From: Balamuthia mandrillaris | Taxonomy: Eukaryota | Reading direction: 5' to 3' | Length of the DNA: 46,729 nucleotides | NCBI GenBank assembly: GCA_031835245.2 | Contig: JAVKOQ020000105.1 | Span: 124,001-170,729 of the forward strand | Shown here: in pieces, positions 36,619 to 46,729 of the stretch | Numbering within the stretch: the stretch's first letter is position 1 | Layout of the letters: each line of letters opens with the position of its first letter | Notes under the pieces: generated by a model | What the model saw: the letters and a program-made list of their open reading frames with translations, nothing else | Told to the model about the DNA's origin: nothing | Databases searched by the model: none | Made by a program: the position numbers and the translations under genes

Positions 36619-37065
36619 ATTGTATATACATAGTGTACTCTTACTTCTCTTACTCCCTCAGCCTCAATGCCTTCCCAATTGTTATTCAAATTCACAAGTG
36701 AAAGGTGTTGAATGAGATTTCAGACTAACTCTGTATCATCTAGCTATCCTTTTCTTTCCCTTTCCTTTCTTCTTGCTTTTATATTACTTCCAAAGATTGA
36801 TAAAATGCAGAAGAACTTCCATGCTTCTAACTTACTCTTGCTGCCCATAATCTCCAGACTCGTTTACAACTTTGCTTACATTGTTCCATCTCTTGAGCTC
36901 TGTTGCATTTCTGTCCACTTGACAGGAGCTTTGTTGTACAGTCTTCTATAATTAGCTTTCCAACTTGTTCTTCATTTCCATTGTTCACACTCCAGATTCT
37001 AAAGCGATCTTCCCAAAGATTTGGACACCTTAATAGGAAGTGTTCTGCTGTTTCTTCCTCAGCAT
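36619..37065 (-). mobile_element. LINE 3' fragment (same family)
   Basis: Reverse complement of ~35056-35519. Confidence 0.85.
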
Positions 37066-37877
37066 CAGCATTGGTGCCTAAATCCTTTAGGTCCTTATAT
37101 TAAACAAAAGTTTCAATTACATAATTAGTTTTTGTGTTTTAGCAACAAAGTCCATATAAAGGCATCATGTGTTTTTCCCTGCTAAAAGTCTTGTGTTTCC
37201 CTCTATCCTTTCAGGCCAGACTTGTCATGCAGTAGTTTTCTTGTAGAAGAACAGGTTTCAACTCTCTCTTCCTCGCCCTCACTCCTGCTCTTTTTCTCTC
37301 TGTGACTCTTTCTCTTTCTATGTGGCCATCTTCTGATTTACTTTTTCATTTGAAATAGTCTGGCCTATGCCATTAAAAGCAAAAACAAGTCATCAACTTG
37401 TTGGAAAACCTGGCCAACAACAGCTCCTGTGCTCTTCTCCAGCCCTTGAGAATACATGGTGTTGAGGAAGAAGTGCCACCAGAGGCTCCTGACACTCTTC
37501 TCCATCCCTTTCCTCTCCTCTCTTTTTTTTATTTTGTGCTATCTTTCTTATGCACCTATTGGTCTCCTGGTGTTATATCACACTTCCTATGTTTGCTTTT
37601 TCATCAATAACATGACCAAGTCTGCACATCTTAATGTTGCTGAGTTAAAAGAAAAGCTTTTAGAACAAGCCAAGGCATTTCATTTGCCAAGAGAGCTAGA
37701 AAGGCGAATCTGCAAGCACTCTATGAAGATACAACCAACATGGGAAAAGAAAAAGAGGATGCTGCAAAGGATTGCCAATGAACGTTGCATCAAGGCTCTG
37801 CTGAAGAAGTCCAGCTGTATTGTGAGAGTGGCAGTGTGCATAATAAGCTTGCACAACTTCAATGGTCAGCATTGACT

Positions 37878-38035
37878 GAAAGATTTGAGGGCTTGCTTGG
37901 CCTTGGTGATCCTCTCCTTGGCATGAGTGGACATTCCCCACTTTCCTCAAACCACAGTCCCAGGTACTTGGCCTCCTTCACATGTTTCACAGCCTCCCCC
38001 TTAAGTCTTTACTCTTGAAAATGAGCCTTCTTTCC
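37878..38035 (-). mobile_element. LINE reverse transcriptase fragment
   Basis: Encodes EAKYLGLWFEE (RT KYLG motif); similar to ~34165-34240. Confidence 0.7.
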
Positions 38036-38855
38036 TTGATGAAAAAAGGAAAAGTTCCTTGAAACCTGAGTAAAAGTTTAAAGCCCCTGGAAAAGTTCCT
38101 AGAAAAATGTTTCCTTATATAGGAATTTTTCTAGGTAAATTCCTTATAAGCCACGCACTGGTGTCTATCATCTGAAGGAGCTCTCTCCAGTTTACCTTGC
38201 CAGTTTTTGCTGGAGTATCTTATCCTTTCCTTGCTGTTACTGAAACAAAAATTTCCTTTTTAAAACACAGACAAGAGTAAATGAAGGAAAAAAGGGCATT
38301 GTGCAACCAAGCAGGATCAATTGTGAAGGAGCGGCACTTTTTAGCAGTACTTTTTCTGCAAGTGAGAGCAAAAGAGAAGGTGGTCAGGTTTTATTTGGCT
38401 TCATTTGGTTGTGGCGAACTCGTGTCTCATCAGTATTTGCATGGCTGACAACGTTTCCTCCTCAAAGAAACTATAAGAAAGAAAGTATCGAGGTGAAAGG
38501 CTGACAACTTTAATGAGCATGGCAGAAAGAACATGAAAGTTCAGGGAACAACAAAAGAAACAAGTTCTCTGTCAGTTCATTCCTACAACCCTGAAACACA
38601 GAGAATTAGCAACACAATATAAACAAAAAGGAGAATCTCCTTTTGGAAATTTGAAAAGGCAAAAAATTATTTTTAAAATATTTTTTTGAAAACATTTTTA
38701 TTATTATTGTTTTGAGGGTTGTTATTTCAAAAACAGAATTTAATTGTCTAAATTGTCTTTTCCTTTATCTTTTTTTGACTTGATTGAGAAGATGTGTTAC
38801 TATCAGAATCTGAAAAATCCTCATCACAATTACTATTGTTCTTGGATAGGGAAAA

Positions 38856-39365
38856 ATGCAGAAAAATAGGACACTGCCACGCAAGAGCACTGAATTGATT
38901 GACAATCAGGAGAGGGAACAGGTCCTATGTCGATGGGTGGATCTGGCCATGAAGGAACGTCTTAGACAGGGGACCCTAAATGGTAATCATTTGTGGAAGC
39001 CCACTTTGCAAGCTATGCAAAAAGAGGCAAAGATTCCTGAGTGTTTTGTCAAAGGGGATAAGTTAAATCAGTTTTTGGAGGAAGCGTTCAAGTTGGCAGT
39101 GGAAAAGTATGGACACTTGAACACTACCACAGTCAAGATTCCTTCTCCCAGGGTTAACCAAAAGGAGGAGGACGACAGAGGGACAGAGGATCAGTGTAAC
39201 TCGGCAGTGGATTCACCCTACCGAGAGGAAGGGACATGGAACACAGTACAAACAAAAAGGAGAATCTCCTTTTGCTTCTCACTTGGATTATATGGCAAAA
39301 AAAAATATTTTTCAGGTCTTAAAAAAATATTTTTCTTAAAAATTAATTTTCAGTCAAAAAAATAA
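38856..39365 (+). CDS. Hypothetical ORF, probably TE-derived
   Basis: 169-aa ORF with a globular-looking first ~100 aa; no motif recognised. Confidence 0.25.
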   Translation: MQKNRTLPRKSTELIDNQEREQVLCRWVDLAMKERLRQGTLNGNHLWKPTLQAMQKEAKIPECFVKGDKLNQFLEEAFKLAVEKYGHLNTTTVKIPSPRVNQKEEDDRGTEDQCNSAVDSPYREEGTWNTVQTKRRISFCFSLGLYGKKKYFSGLKKIFFLKINFQSKK

Positions 39366-39393
39366 TATTTTTCCTTTAACAAAAATAATAAAA

Positions 39394-39662
39394 TGTTAGA
39401 AAGGGTGAATAACACGAACGGACGGGGCCAAAACGTATTATTCAAGAGGGAACAAAGGAACAAAAAGTGTCAGGAGAGAAAGGTGTGGTGTGAACTAAAC
39501 AAAACTAACTAACTAAAAGAAAGAGAGAAGGAAGCAACGGAATAAAAGGAAGAAGCCTAGCAATGTGGCAACAGGCGATTGGTCCACGTCAAGGATGTCG
39601 ACAGGAAGAAAAGGAAAGGAAAGGGGCAACAGAACTAATATGTTGAGAGTAATTCTCAACAA
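39394..39662. mobile_element. Partial LTR, homologous to 32663-32915
   Basis: Begins TGTTAGAA and retains CpGs that are lost in the other copy. Confidence 0.65.
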
Positions 39663-39804
39663 AAAAATGTTTTTTAATTTCTAAAAATATTTTTTATGGT
39701 TTGAGAACATTTTTTAAGTTCTAAAAATTATTTTTTATAAAGCATTATTAAAAGACATTTAATATAAAAAATCTACTATTAAACATTAAACAAAATACAA
39801 AGAT

Positions 39805-42062
39805 TTATGAATGCTGTTTTTCGAATCTATCTAATTCTGCATAAATTTGAGCTTTGTAAGCAAAAGATAATTTGTGATCTGAAGTTAATGCTAAAGGACC
39901 CCAAATAAAAGATGCTTGATGTATGTTTTGTGTTTCCTTTTGTAAAAAATAACATTGACCTCATTTTGTATACCATAATACAGTAGCTTTACAAGGTGTT
40001 GTGGAATGAACAAATGCAAGCCAAAAGTCCTCTGAAGAACCATCTTTTGGACAAATAGCATAAATGTGATTGGCTAAAATATGGAAAGGTATGCAAGTAG
40101 CACAACCAGATGTTGTGACTTGAGATGAAAATTCGATTGAAGAGGAGGAAGCAGCTGAAGTCAAAGAAGTGGATGCAGAGAATGAAGGAGTATGTTGTCG
40201 ATTTAAAGCAGTCATAGGTTGAAACAAAGTAAAAAAAGGATTATCCAAAGGGGATGAAGGGTGTTGTAAATTATAAATCAATGCTTGTAAGCGAAGTTTG
40301 GAAGAAAGCAAAATAGTAGAAAAAGTAGATTGAGTACCTCGAATGCATTCTTCTTCTACACAAGATTTGGGTATCAAATGAGGAATATGAGTGGAATATA
40401 AAGATAGATTTGGAAATCCTTTTATCAATGAAATGGGTTTGCTCCAAGGAGCATGAATGTTGGATTTCACTTGTAAAATGGGCCATATTGGAGGGCAGGT
40501 CATTGTAGGAGTGGGATAAATAAATTTGAAAAATAGAGGTTGGGAATGACCTTCAAGATTTACCATGAAAGGATGCAACCAACCTTTGAAATCCCAGACC
40601 CATTCCAAAGGATGTAATTCTGGACGAGTTTCATCCGTTAAATAAGAAGAGTTAATGAATGTAAAGAATTGCTCCAAGCTTTCAATATCAAATTTGAGTA
40701 ATGCTTTACGAAAGGTAGAAAACATTTGATCCACATCTTCATGAGTATGTCCAGGTGGCAAAAAGCAAAGTTTGATCTTGGAAAACATCTTGAGATGCAC
40801 CAACCAACATAAAAAGGCCAATAAATACTTGTTTTTGTTTTCTTTATAGCAGTTGTCAGCTTGAAGGTAGAGGGTTTGGTTGGGATGGGCTCAAATGGGT
40901 TGTTGTAATGTTTGCATGAGAAAGTAAAATAAATGACTAATTACTAAATTGGCATCACGTGACCACTGATCAAAATGATAACGCAGATAACAATGATGAT
41001 GCTCATGATCTATCAGTCCAAAACAAGAGATACCAATAAACTTTTTGATGGTCCAGCCTTTTGGGGGAGTATGATGATGGGGAAGAGGAATGGCCTCTGT
41101 ATAATCCATAATGATGGAATTGTATTTGAAAGGAGAGGCTTTGGCTTTAGCACGATGCTTGTAATACTTCTCTTTGTGTAAAAAAACAAAGTGCAAATGA
41201 TCACTTCGTTCCTTTTGTAAGCCTTGCAATGCCTCCACACTCTTGCATTGTTTAAAACGAACTAGAAGCTGAGCACATTGATCACATTTTCCTAATCTGG
41301 TTTGCTAATACAGAAAGCAATAACAATTATTCATCAACAGGTTGTTAGAATAAAAACAATGAATCATTCCTTTCTTTTGACAAACTCTCTCAACAAACAA
41401 AGCTTACCTTGGAAAAATGAACATAAGAGAAATCTTCATGCAACATTTGCAAAAAGCGTGCATAACTGATGCTTTGATCATGTCCCAGGCTTAATACCAT
41501 TTCTTGATACAAGGCTTTTCGATTCAATATCATTGGAATCTGAATGACTTCAAAGTTTGGCAAGGATTCTCCCATATTGGCAAAGTACACTGTGAGCCAG
41601 GCTTTGGTTTGCGAATAGGTGGTGGAGTGCCAAACCAGGCTACGATTGTGATGAAGAGGTAAAGTGGCTCCCGTTTTCCACAAGTCCATGCAGGCATAAA
41701 ACTTCTTATTGGAAAGGGCCAGCCATAATTGGATTGCTTTGTAACAAACCAGATGACCAGCCAAAAGCAATCGTTGCTTGGGGGGCCTGACAGCTCTGGT
41801 CTCTTGATAAGGGCCATAAGAAAGAAACAAGCAATCCACAAGAAATTTGGTTCTGGCTTGTTCTGAGTCCAGTGTCCAATAATAGGTGCGCATCTCTTGA
41901 AAATCCTCTGATGAAATGCTAGAAAAACAGTATTGTTGACAGCAGTAACTGTGCTTTGAAGTCCGGATATGTTGCTCTGAAAAAAACCGACGTGCAGTGC
42001 TTTTCAGTTTGGATACTGGTTGGAAGGCCATGGTGCTCTTTTTCTACTGCAATGATGTCCTA
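39805..42062 (-). pseudogene. Sola-like / DUF7869-type DDE transposase with two in-frame TGA stops
   Basis: N-terminal CCQQYC and VCYKA; intron 41305-41407; LGKCDQC; IIMD...LYLQADNCYKENKNKY...FLPPGHTHEDVDQMFS...VWDFKGWL. The frame runs through TGA at 40891-40893 and 39961-39963 to TAA at 39805. Confidence 0.85.
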
Positions 42063-42367
42063 TCTAAAGAAACCTCATAAGTCAGCCAGAAGAATCAATA
42101 AAAGCTAAACACTTTACAAGAAAAAAAATGGCGGCAGAATAGATAAATAATCAAAAGGGTATAAGAGGGTATTGGCTGTGCTGTATGACACAAGATCTGC
42201 CCTTCACAATGAAGGTTGCTAAATTCTTTGTTGAAAAGAAAGGGCGCTTTTGCATTGTATGACGCACTCAACACTCTTGCTTGCTAGAAAAATTTGAAAA
42301 AATTTGCTTTTCATTGGATAGGAAGGATAGCCAATGCCTTTCATACAATAGTAGAGAAAGCCGAAGA

Positions 42368-43320
42368 GGGCTGATCTGCACTGCATGGCATAGCCAATGC
42401 CAGCCATACAAAAGAAAAGAGAGCAGAAAAGGGCTGATCTGCACCATATGGCGCAGCCCATGCCTGCCTATCAAAAGAAAAAATGGTGGAAAAAGGCTGA
42501 TCTGCACCATACGGTGCAGCCCATGCCCCTCATACAAAAGAAAAGAGAGCGGGAAAGGGCTGATCTGCACTATATGGCGCAGCCAATGCCTGCAAAACAA
42601 AAGAAAAAATTGAGTAAAAGGGCTAATCTGCACCGTATGGTGCAGCCCATGCCTGCCATACAAAAGAAAAAATTGTGAAAAAAGGCTGATCTGCGCCATA
42701 TGGCGCAGCCCATGCCTGTCATACAAAAGAAAAGAGAGCGGAAAAGGGCTGATCTGCGCCATACGGCGCAGCCCATGCCTGTCATACAAAAGAAAAGAGA
42801 GCAGAAAAGGGCTGATTTGCACTGTACGGTGCAGCCCATGCCAGCCATACAAAAGAAAAGAGAGCAGAAAAGGGCTGATCTGCGCTGTACGGTGCAGCCC
42901 ATGCCAGCCATACAAAAGAAAAGAGAGCAGAAAAGGGCTGATCTGCGCTGTATGGCGCAGCCCATTCCTGCCATACAAAAGAAAAGAGAGCAGAAAAAGG
43001 CTGATCTGCGCCATATGGCGCAGCCCATTCCTGCCATACAAAAGAAAAGAGAGCAGAAAAGGGCTGATCTGTGCTGTACAGCGCAGTCCATGCCAGCCAT
43101 ACAAAAGAAAAGAGAGCAGAAGAGGGCTGATCTGCACTGCACGGCGTAGCCAATGCCAGCCATACAAAAGAAAAGAGAGCAGGAAAGGGCTGATCTGCGC
43201 CGTACAGCGCAGCCCATGCCTGTCATACAAAAGGGCAGATCTGCACCATACAGCCGATGCCAGCCATACAAAAGAAAAGAGAGTGGGAAAGGGCTGATCT
43301 GCGCTGTACAGTGCAGCCAA
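42368..43320 (+). repeat. Tandem array of 16 units, 63-bp period, each with an 18-bp palindrome
   Basis: Units start 42368, 42431, 42494 ... 43187, then 43233 and 43291. Consensus GGGCTGAT-CTGCGCCGTACGGCGCAG-CCCATGCCWGCCATACAAAAGAAAAGAGAGCAGAAAA. Confidence 0.95.
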
Positions 43321-43789
43321 CGTGCTAGTCTTGAAAATTGAATGCAAGCAAAAAAACAAAAGAAAAAGGGATAATGGCATAGCAATGCTGGTCTCTCTTT
43401 CAAACAAAATGCAGGCTGAACAGATTTGACAACTGAGAACAATACAAACCGTTATGCCTCACAGTCCTTTCACAAGTTGAACTCAAAAGAAAGAATCATG
43501 AGGTTGGATGTAAGAAAGCACATTCAAGCCCCTTTATTATGAGAACAAAATGCTTTTGAATTTCCTTCAACTTGCTGTCACTTCTTCCAGCACCATATCA
43601 GTGATGCTCTCTGTCATTGGTTGCCCTCCACAAAGTCTGCAGCAAACCACAACGATTTGACTACCAATTAAATGAAATTTGAAAGAAAAAAAAGAGGGCC
43701 AAAAGCAAAACAAACTCCCAAAATTTTAGTTTGTCACAAAAGTGCACAACTATTCACACCATTCACACATATTCCTTGCTGTTTATTTT

Positions 43790-46729
43790 TGCTGTTGTGG
43801 TTATATCGGACAACAAGAGATTGACAGTGAAAGAACTGCGGCAAAGGATCGACGACCTCAGTGGACAATGGACCACCAAGGACTCCAAATCTGTCTTATC
43901 ACACAAATTGCAAATGCTACAAACTCCTACGTCGAATCCTTCTTCCAACCAACCTTCGGACCTCTCGGAAACAGATGAAGGCTCATCTTCCACCCCATCC
44001 AACAGGTAAAACAACTTGCTCTCCATTTTGGTTTTTCTGGTGAGTGATTGAGGTTTTTTATGATAGCACTCCAACAAGAAATGATTGGATTTTGCGCAAG
44101 AGCGACTTGGAAGCTGTGCATCTATTTTGTGCACCGGATGGCGCAGATGAGGAAACCAAAGTGGCAGAACTTTGTAAAACTCGGCTTTAGGAGGGGACTC
44201 GTTTGGTTCTGTTGAAAGCTATCACTATGAAAGGTTTGTGCTTTTATTTTTGTGTTATAGTCAACAGCTGAACGGCCACTATTCGCCTTGCTTCTTTCTT
44301 CCTCAAGGGAGAAGGGCCAGTCCAGCTCCATCCTACTTTTGCCCTTTCTCTTCTCTCATCCAAATTATTATTTGAAGGGATGGTGTTGACTGCGCTGTAC
44401 AGCGCAGATCAGCCCTTCAGCTCATTTGCTGCGCCGGATGGCACAGTTCAGCCCTTCAAAGCCTCCAGTACTTTAAAAGGGAAATCATTGGCTGCGCCAT
44501 ATGATGCAGCTCAGCTCTTCAAATCCTCTGGTATTTTTGAAGGGAGGGTGTTGGCTGCACCATATGGCGCAGATCTGCCCTTCAGATCAACACTTTCCTT
44601 TTATAGTTCGGGTGATGATTGCGCTGTATGGCGCAGATCACAACTACTGCCTTAATTTCTTGTTTGGCTGGCAAGAAAAGGTTATAGGCTGCACCGTACA
44701 GCACAGCTCATGCCTTTGGCCTTTTTCTCTCTTGTTGACTAGTTGAAGGGCATTGGCTGCGCCATACGGTGCAGCGAATACCCCCCACAGTTTTTCATGC
44801 CTTCTTTTAACTTTGTACTGTCATTAACTTCGTTTGTTTTATCAGGTTGGCATCGACCTCTAAAACCAGAGGGGTTGAACAAGCTGCTGGTCACATTCAA
44901 CTCTGGCGGCATTTTGTCTTTTGATGAATGCTCTTCTTTATTATTGATGGAACTGCCTTCAGCTTTGTGGGTGCATCCAGAAAGCAATCAACAAGAATAT
45001 GTATGTCTTGGAGGTAACCATCGATGTGCAGCAGCCCACGTATTGTACTGTGAAAACTCCCCAAAGCTGAAGGAGTTAACTTGGAGGGCCAAAGTGCTGC
45101 CATTTGATGGCAAACAACTTCCAAGTGTGGCTGTCTTGGACAAGGTACAATTCCTTGGAGTTTTCTGTTGCTTTTTCTGTTTTTTAACAAGGTGACTTAC
45201 TCATATTTCTTGGAAGTTGTCTGCCTGGGACAACCTGGTGTTGTCTGAAGGAGTCAATCAAGAGACAGAATGGGATATGGTCCGTTTTGTGTACAATCAT
45301 CTCACGAAAACACCAGAGGAGCTGTTCCATTATCTGGTAGGCCTTCTTTGGTTGCAGGCAAGCTTTCTAAAATGATTGCTCATTTTTTCTCTTTTGTGTT
45401 GGGTGGGTTTTGTATTTTAGAATTCGCAAACTGCCTCCCAAGATGCCCATAATGCTCTCACCTTTGATTGTGTTTGACGTTTGAAAACAGTGGCAAACAA
45501 AATGCAGAAATTCCCAGAGTCTTGGAGTTATATTCAGGAGAAGGACAAAGAGAAGGGGGGCTGGGTGTTTACTCCTTACCACTTCAGAGAGAAAATGCCA
45601 AGCTCCTTATCAGATGAAACCTTGTTGGCAGCCTTGAAAGAGATATAGGCAAGGCACCTCGAGGATCCCAAGGAAGAATGTTCTGTAACCAACTTCAAAA
45701 GATTGGTAAGCTGCATTGCAATCTTTTCTTTCTCTATCTTGTCACTACTACTTTTCCTCATGAAACGTGCATACATGCAGATGTGGAAACACATTGGTCG
45801 AAAAGCTATGCATGAAGAACTGGAATTGTATCATACTGAAAAAGAGATTCCTTTAGCCCACATGGTATTGATTTCTATAGCATTGAAGTTTAGTTAACAT
45901 TTTCTTTTGCTATCTTTCATTCATTTATTCATTCCTTGCTGCTAGCAACACATACCCTCCGATGAACCAGCTTCTCCTCCATTCCACTCAAACACCACTA
46001 CACCTCAACCCTCTCCACCTCCTTCACCAAAACCATCTCATGATATTGAAAGGAAAAAAAAAAGAAAAAGCAAAAAACAACAACCAAAGACCTCTTCCAA
46101 ACACCAGGCCAAAAAAGCAAAAAACCATCATCGTGGCAGACTCAAACTCAACACTCCTCCTCAACCCTCCAAACAATTGGCCCACCAACTCAACAAATGG
46201 GGAAAGGACGTGCTTGCTTCTCATTCCCCTCCTACCAAGTTCAAAGTGATCATTTATGATAATTTACCAACACATGCTCCCTTGATGCTTGATTCCTTGG
46301 GAGTACACTGCCAAAGTAAGTCTTTATTGGGTTATTTTTTCCAAAGAACTCGGATTGCTGTCTGTCTAATTTTCTCTCATTCTTCCCAGACCATCATGTG
46401 GAAAGGGTTTTGTTGATAACTACCTGTTATAATCACTTGCACTTGGCCATGAATCAAATCAATGCCTATAAACAAAAGCAACGTCAGCTTTTGATTAACT
46501 TGAAGCTAGAAACAGTTCTTGTTTTTGGGTACAAACCTCACCATTCCAACCATAACAACAAACCACAATGGTGTGAAATGGCATCTTTGTGGCAGTGTGG
46601 AACAAAGGCCAAACACAGTTGCAGGATGATTCTAGTTTGATTACTTCTTCTCTGTTGGCCTTGGAGACATGGCAACCAACTTCAGTGGTGATTCCAATCA
46701 AGGGACCTCAGGAAGGACAAGTGGCTGAT
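43790..46729 (+). pseudogene. Spliced gene: SAP/HeH-like helical domain, ParB/Srx-fold domain and further C-terminal domain; runs to window end
   Basis: KRLTVKELRQRIDDLSGQWTTKDSKSVLSHKLQ (~43815-43915). Exon 44846-45144 WHRPLKPEGLNKLL...YVCLGGNHRCAAA...WRAKV; further GT-AG exons 45217-45334, 45421-45705, 45781-45864. Stops at 45475 (TGA) and 45646 (TAG). 5' exon structure uncertain. Confidence 0.7.
44390..44775 (-). repeat. Seven inverted, more degenerate copies of the array palindrome
   Basis: Cores at 44390, 44429, 44492, 44555, 44619, 44689 and 44757 (spacings 39, 63, 63, 64, 70, 68), most followed by an ATCAGCCC-like flank. Confidence 0.85.

Noticed and set aside
37456..37875. 139-aa ORF as a host gene
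   Set aside because: No recognisable motif; it sits among CpG-depleted TE debris and is cut by a LINE fragment.
38030..38150. AAAAGTTCCT repeats and an imperfect palindrome as a transposon terminal inverted repeat
   Set aside because: No matching partner end or TSD found in the window.
39961..40893. In-frame TGA codons as selenocysteine or read-through
   Set aside because: CGA-to-TGA deamination explains them; at an equivalent site the ParB paralogues show TGA versus CAA, implying ancestral CGA.
42368..43320. CRISPR array
   Set aside because: The inter-palindrome segments are near-identical rather than unique spacers, variation is mostly CpG decay, there are no cas genes, and the context is eukaryotic.
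42268..43442. Long ORFs (379 aa and 290 aa on minus, 149 aa on plus) across the array
   Set aside because: A 63-bp unit is a multiple of 3 and stop-poor, so several frames on both strands stay open; no codon-like pattern of variation.

Overview
Eukaryotic nuclear DNA, almost certainly from an amoebozoan: short GT-AG introns, CT microsatellites and an Shk-type kinase with a C-terminal SH2 domain. A Balamuthia/Acanthamoeba-like host is an inference. The window has two compartments. (1) 1 to ~31,050 is gene-dense and CpG-rich: MOCS2B, Vti1-like SNARE, a conserved membrane protein, a Crinkler-like Zn-finger/PD-(D/E)xK nuclease/kinase gene, a scrambled IS607/Fanzor2 (TnpA plus TnpB-like) remnant beside an intronless methyltransferase, a bacterial-type 4-TM holin/YvlD-like gene, SLC26/SulP, RhoGDI, Ariadne RBR ligase, tRNA-Ile(UAU), OGFr-like, SSX2IP-like, Bax inhibitor-1, a wound-inducible basic microprotein hosting an intronic C/D snoRNA, F-box/SPRY, and Shk. 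(2) ~31,050 to the end is a CpG-depleted nest of solo LTRs, LINE fragments and a large DNA-transposon-like locus. The strongest candidate for a new system lies at ~39.8-46.7 kb. A Sola/DUF7869-like DDE transposase is divergent from a spliced SAP/HeH plus ParB-fold gene. Between them is a 63-bp-period array of an 18-bp perfect palindrome (inferred ancestor CTGCGCCGTACGGCGCAG), with inverted copies inside the ParB gene, resembling a ParB/parS pair on a eukaryotic transposon. All calls are by eye; no database search was run.
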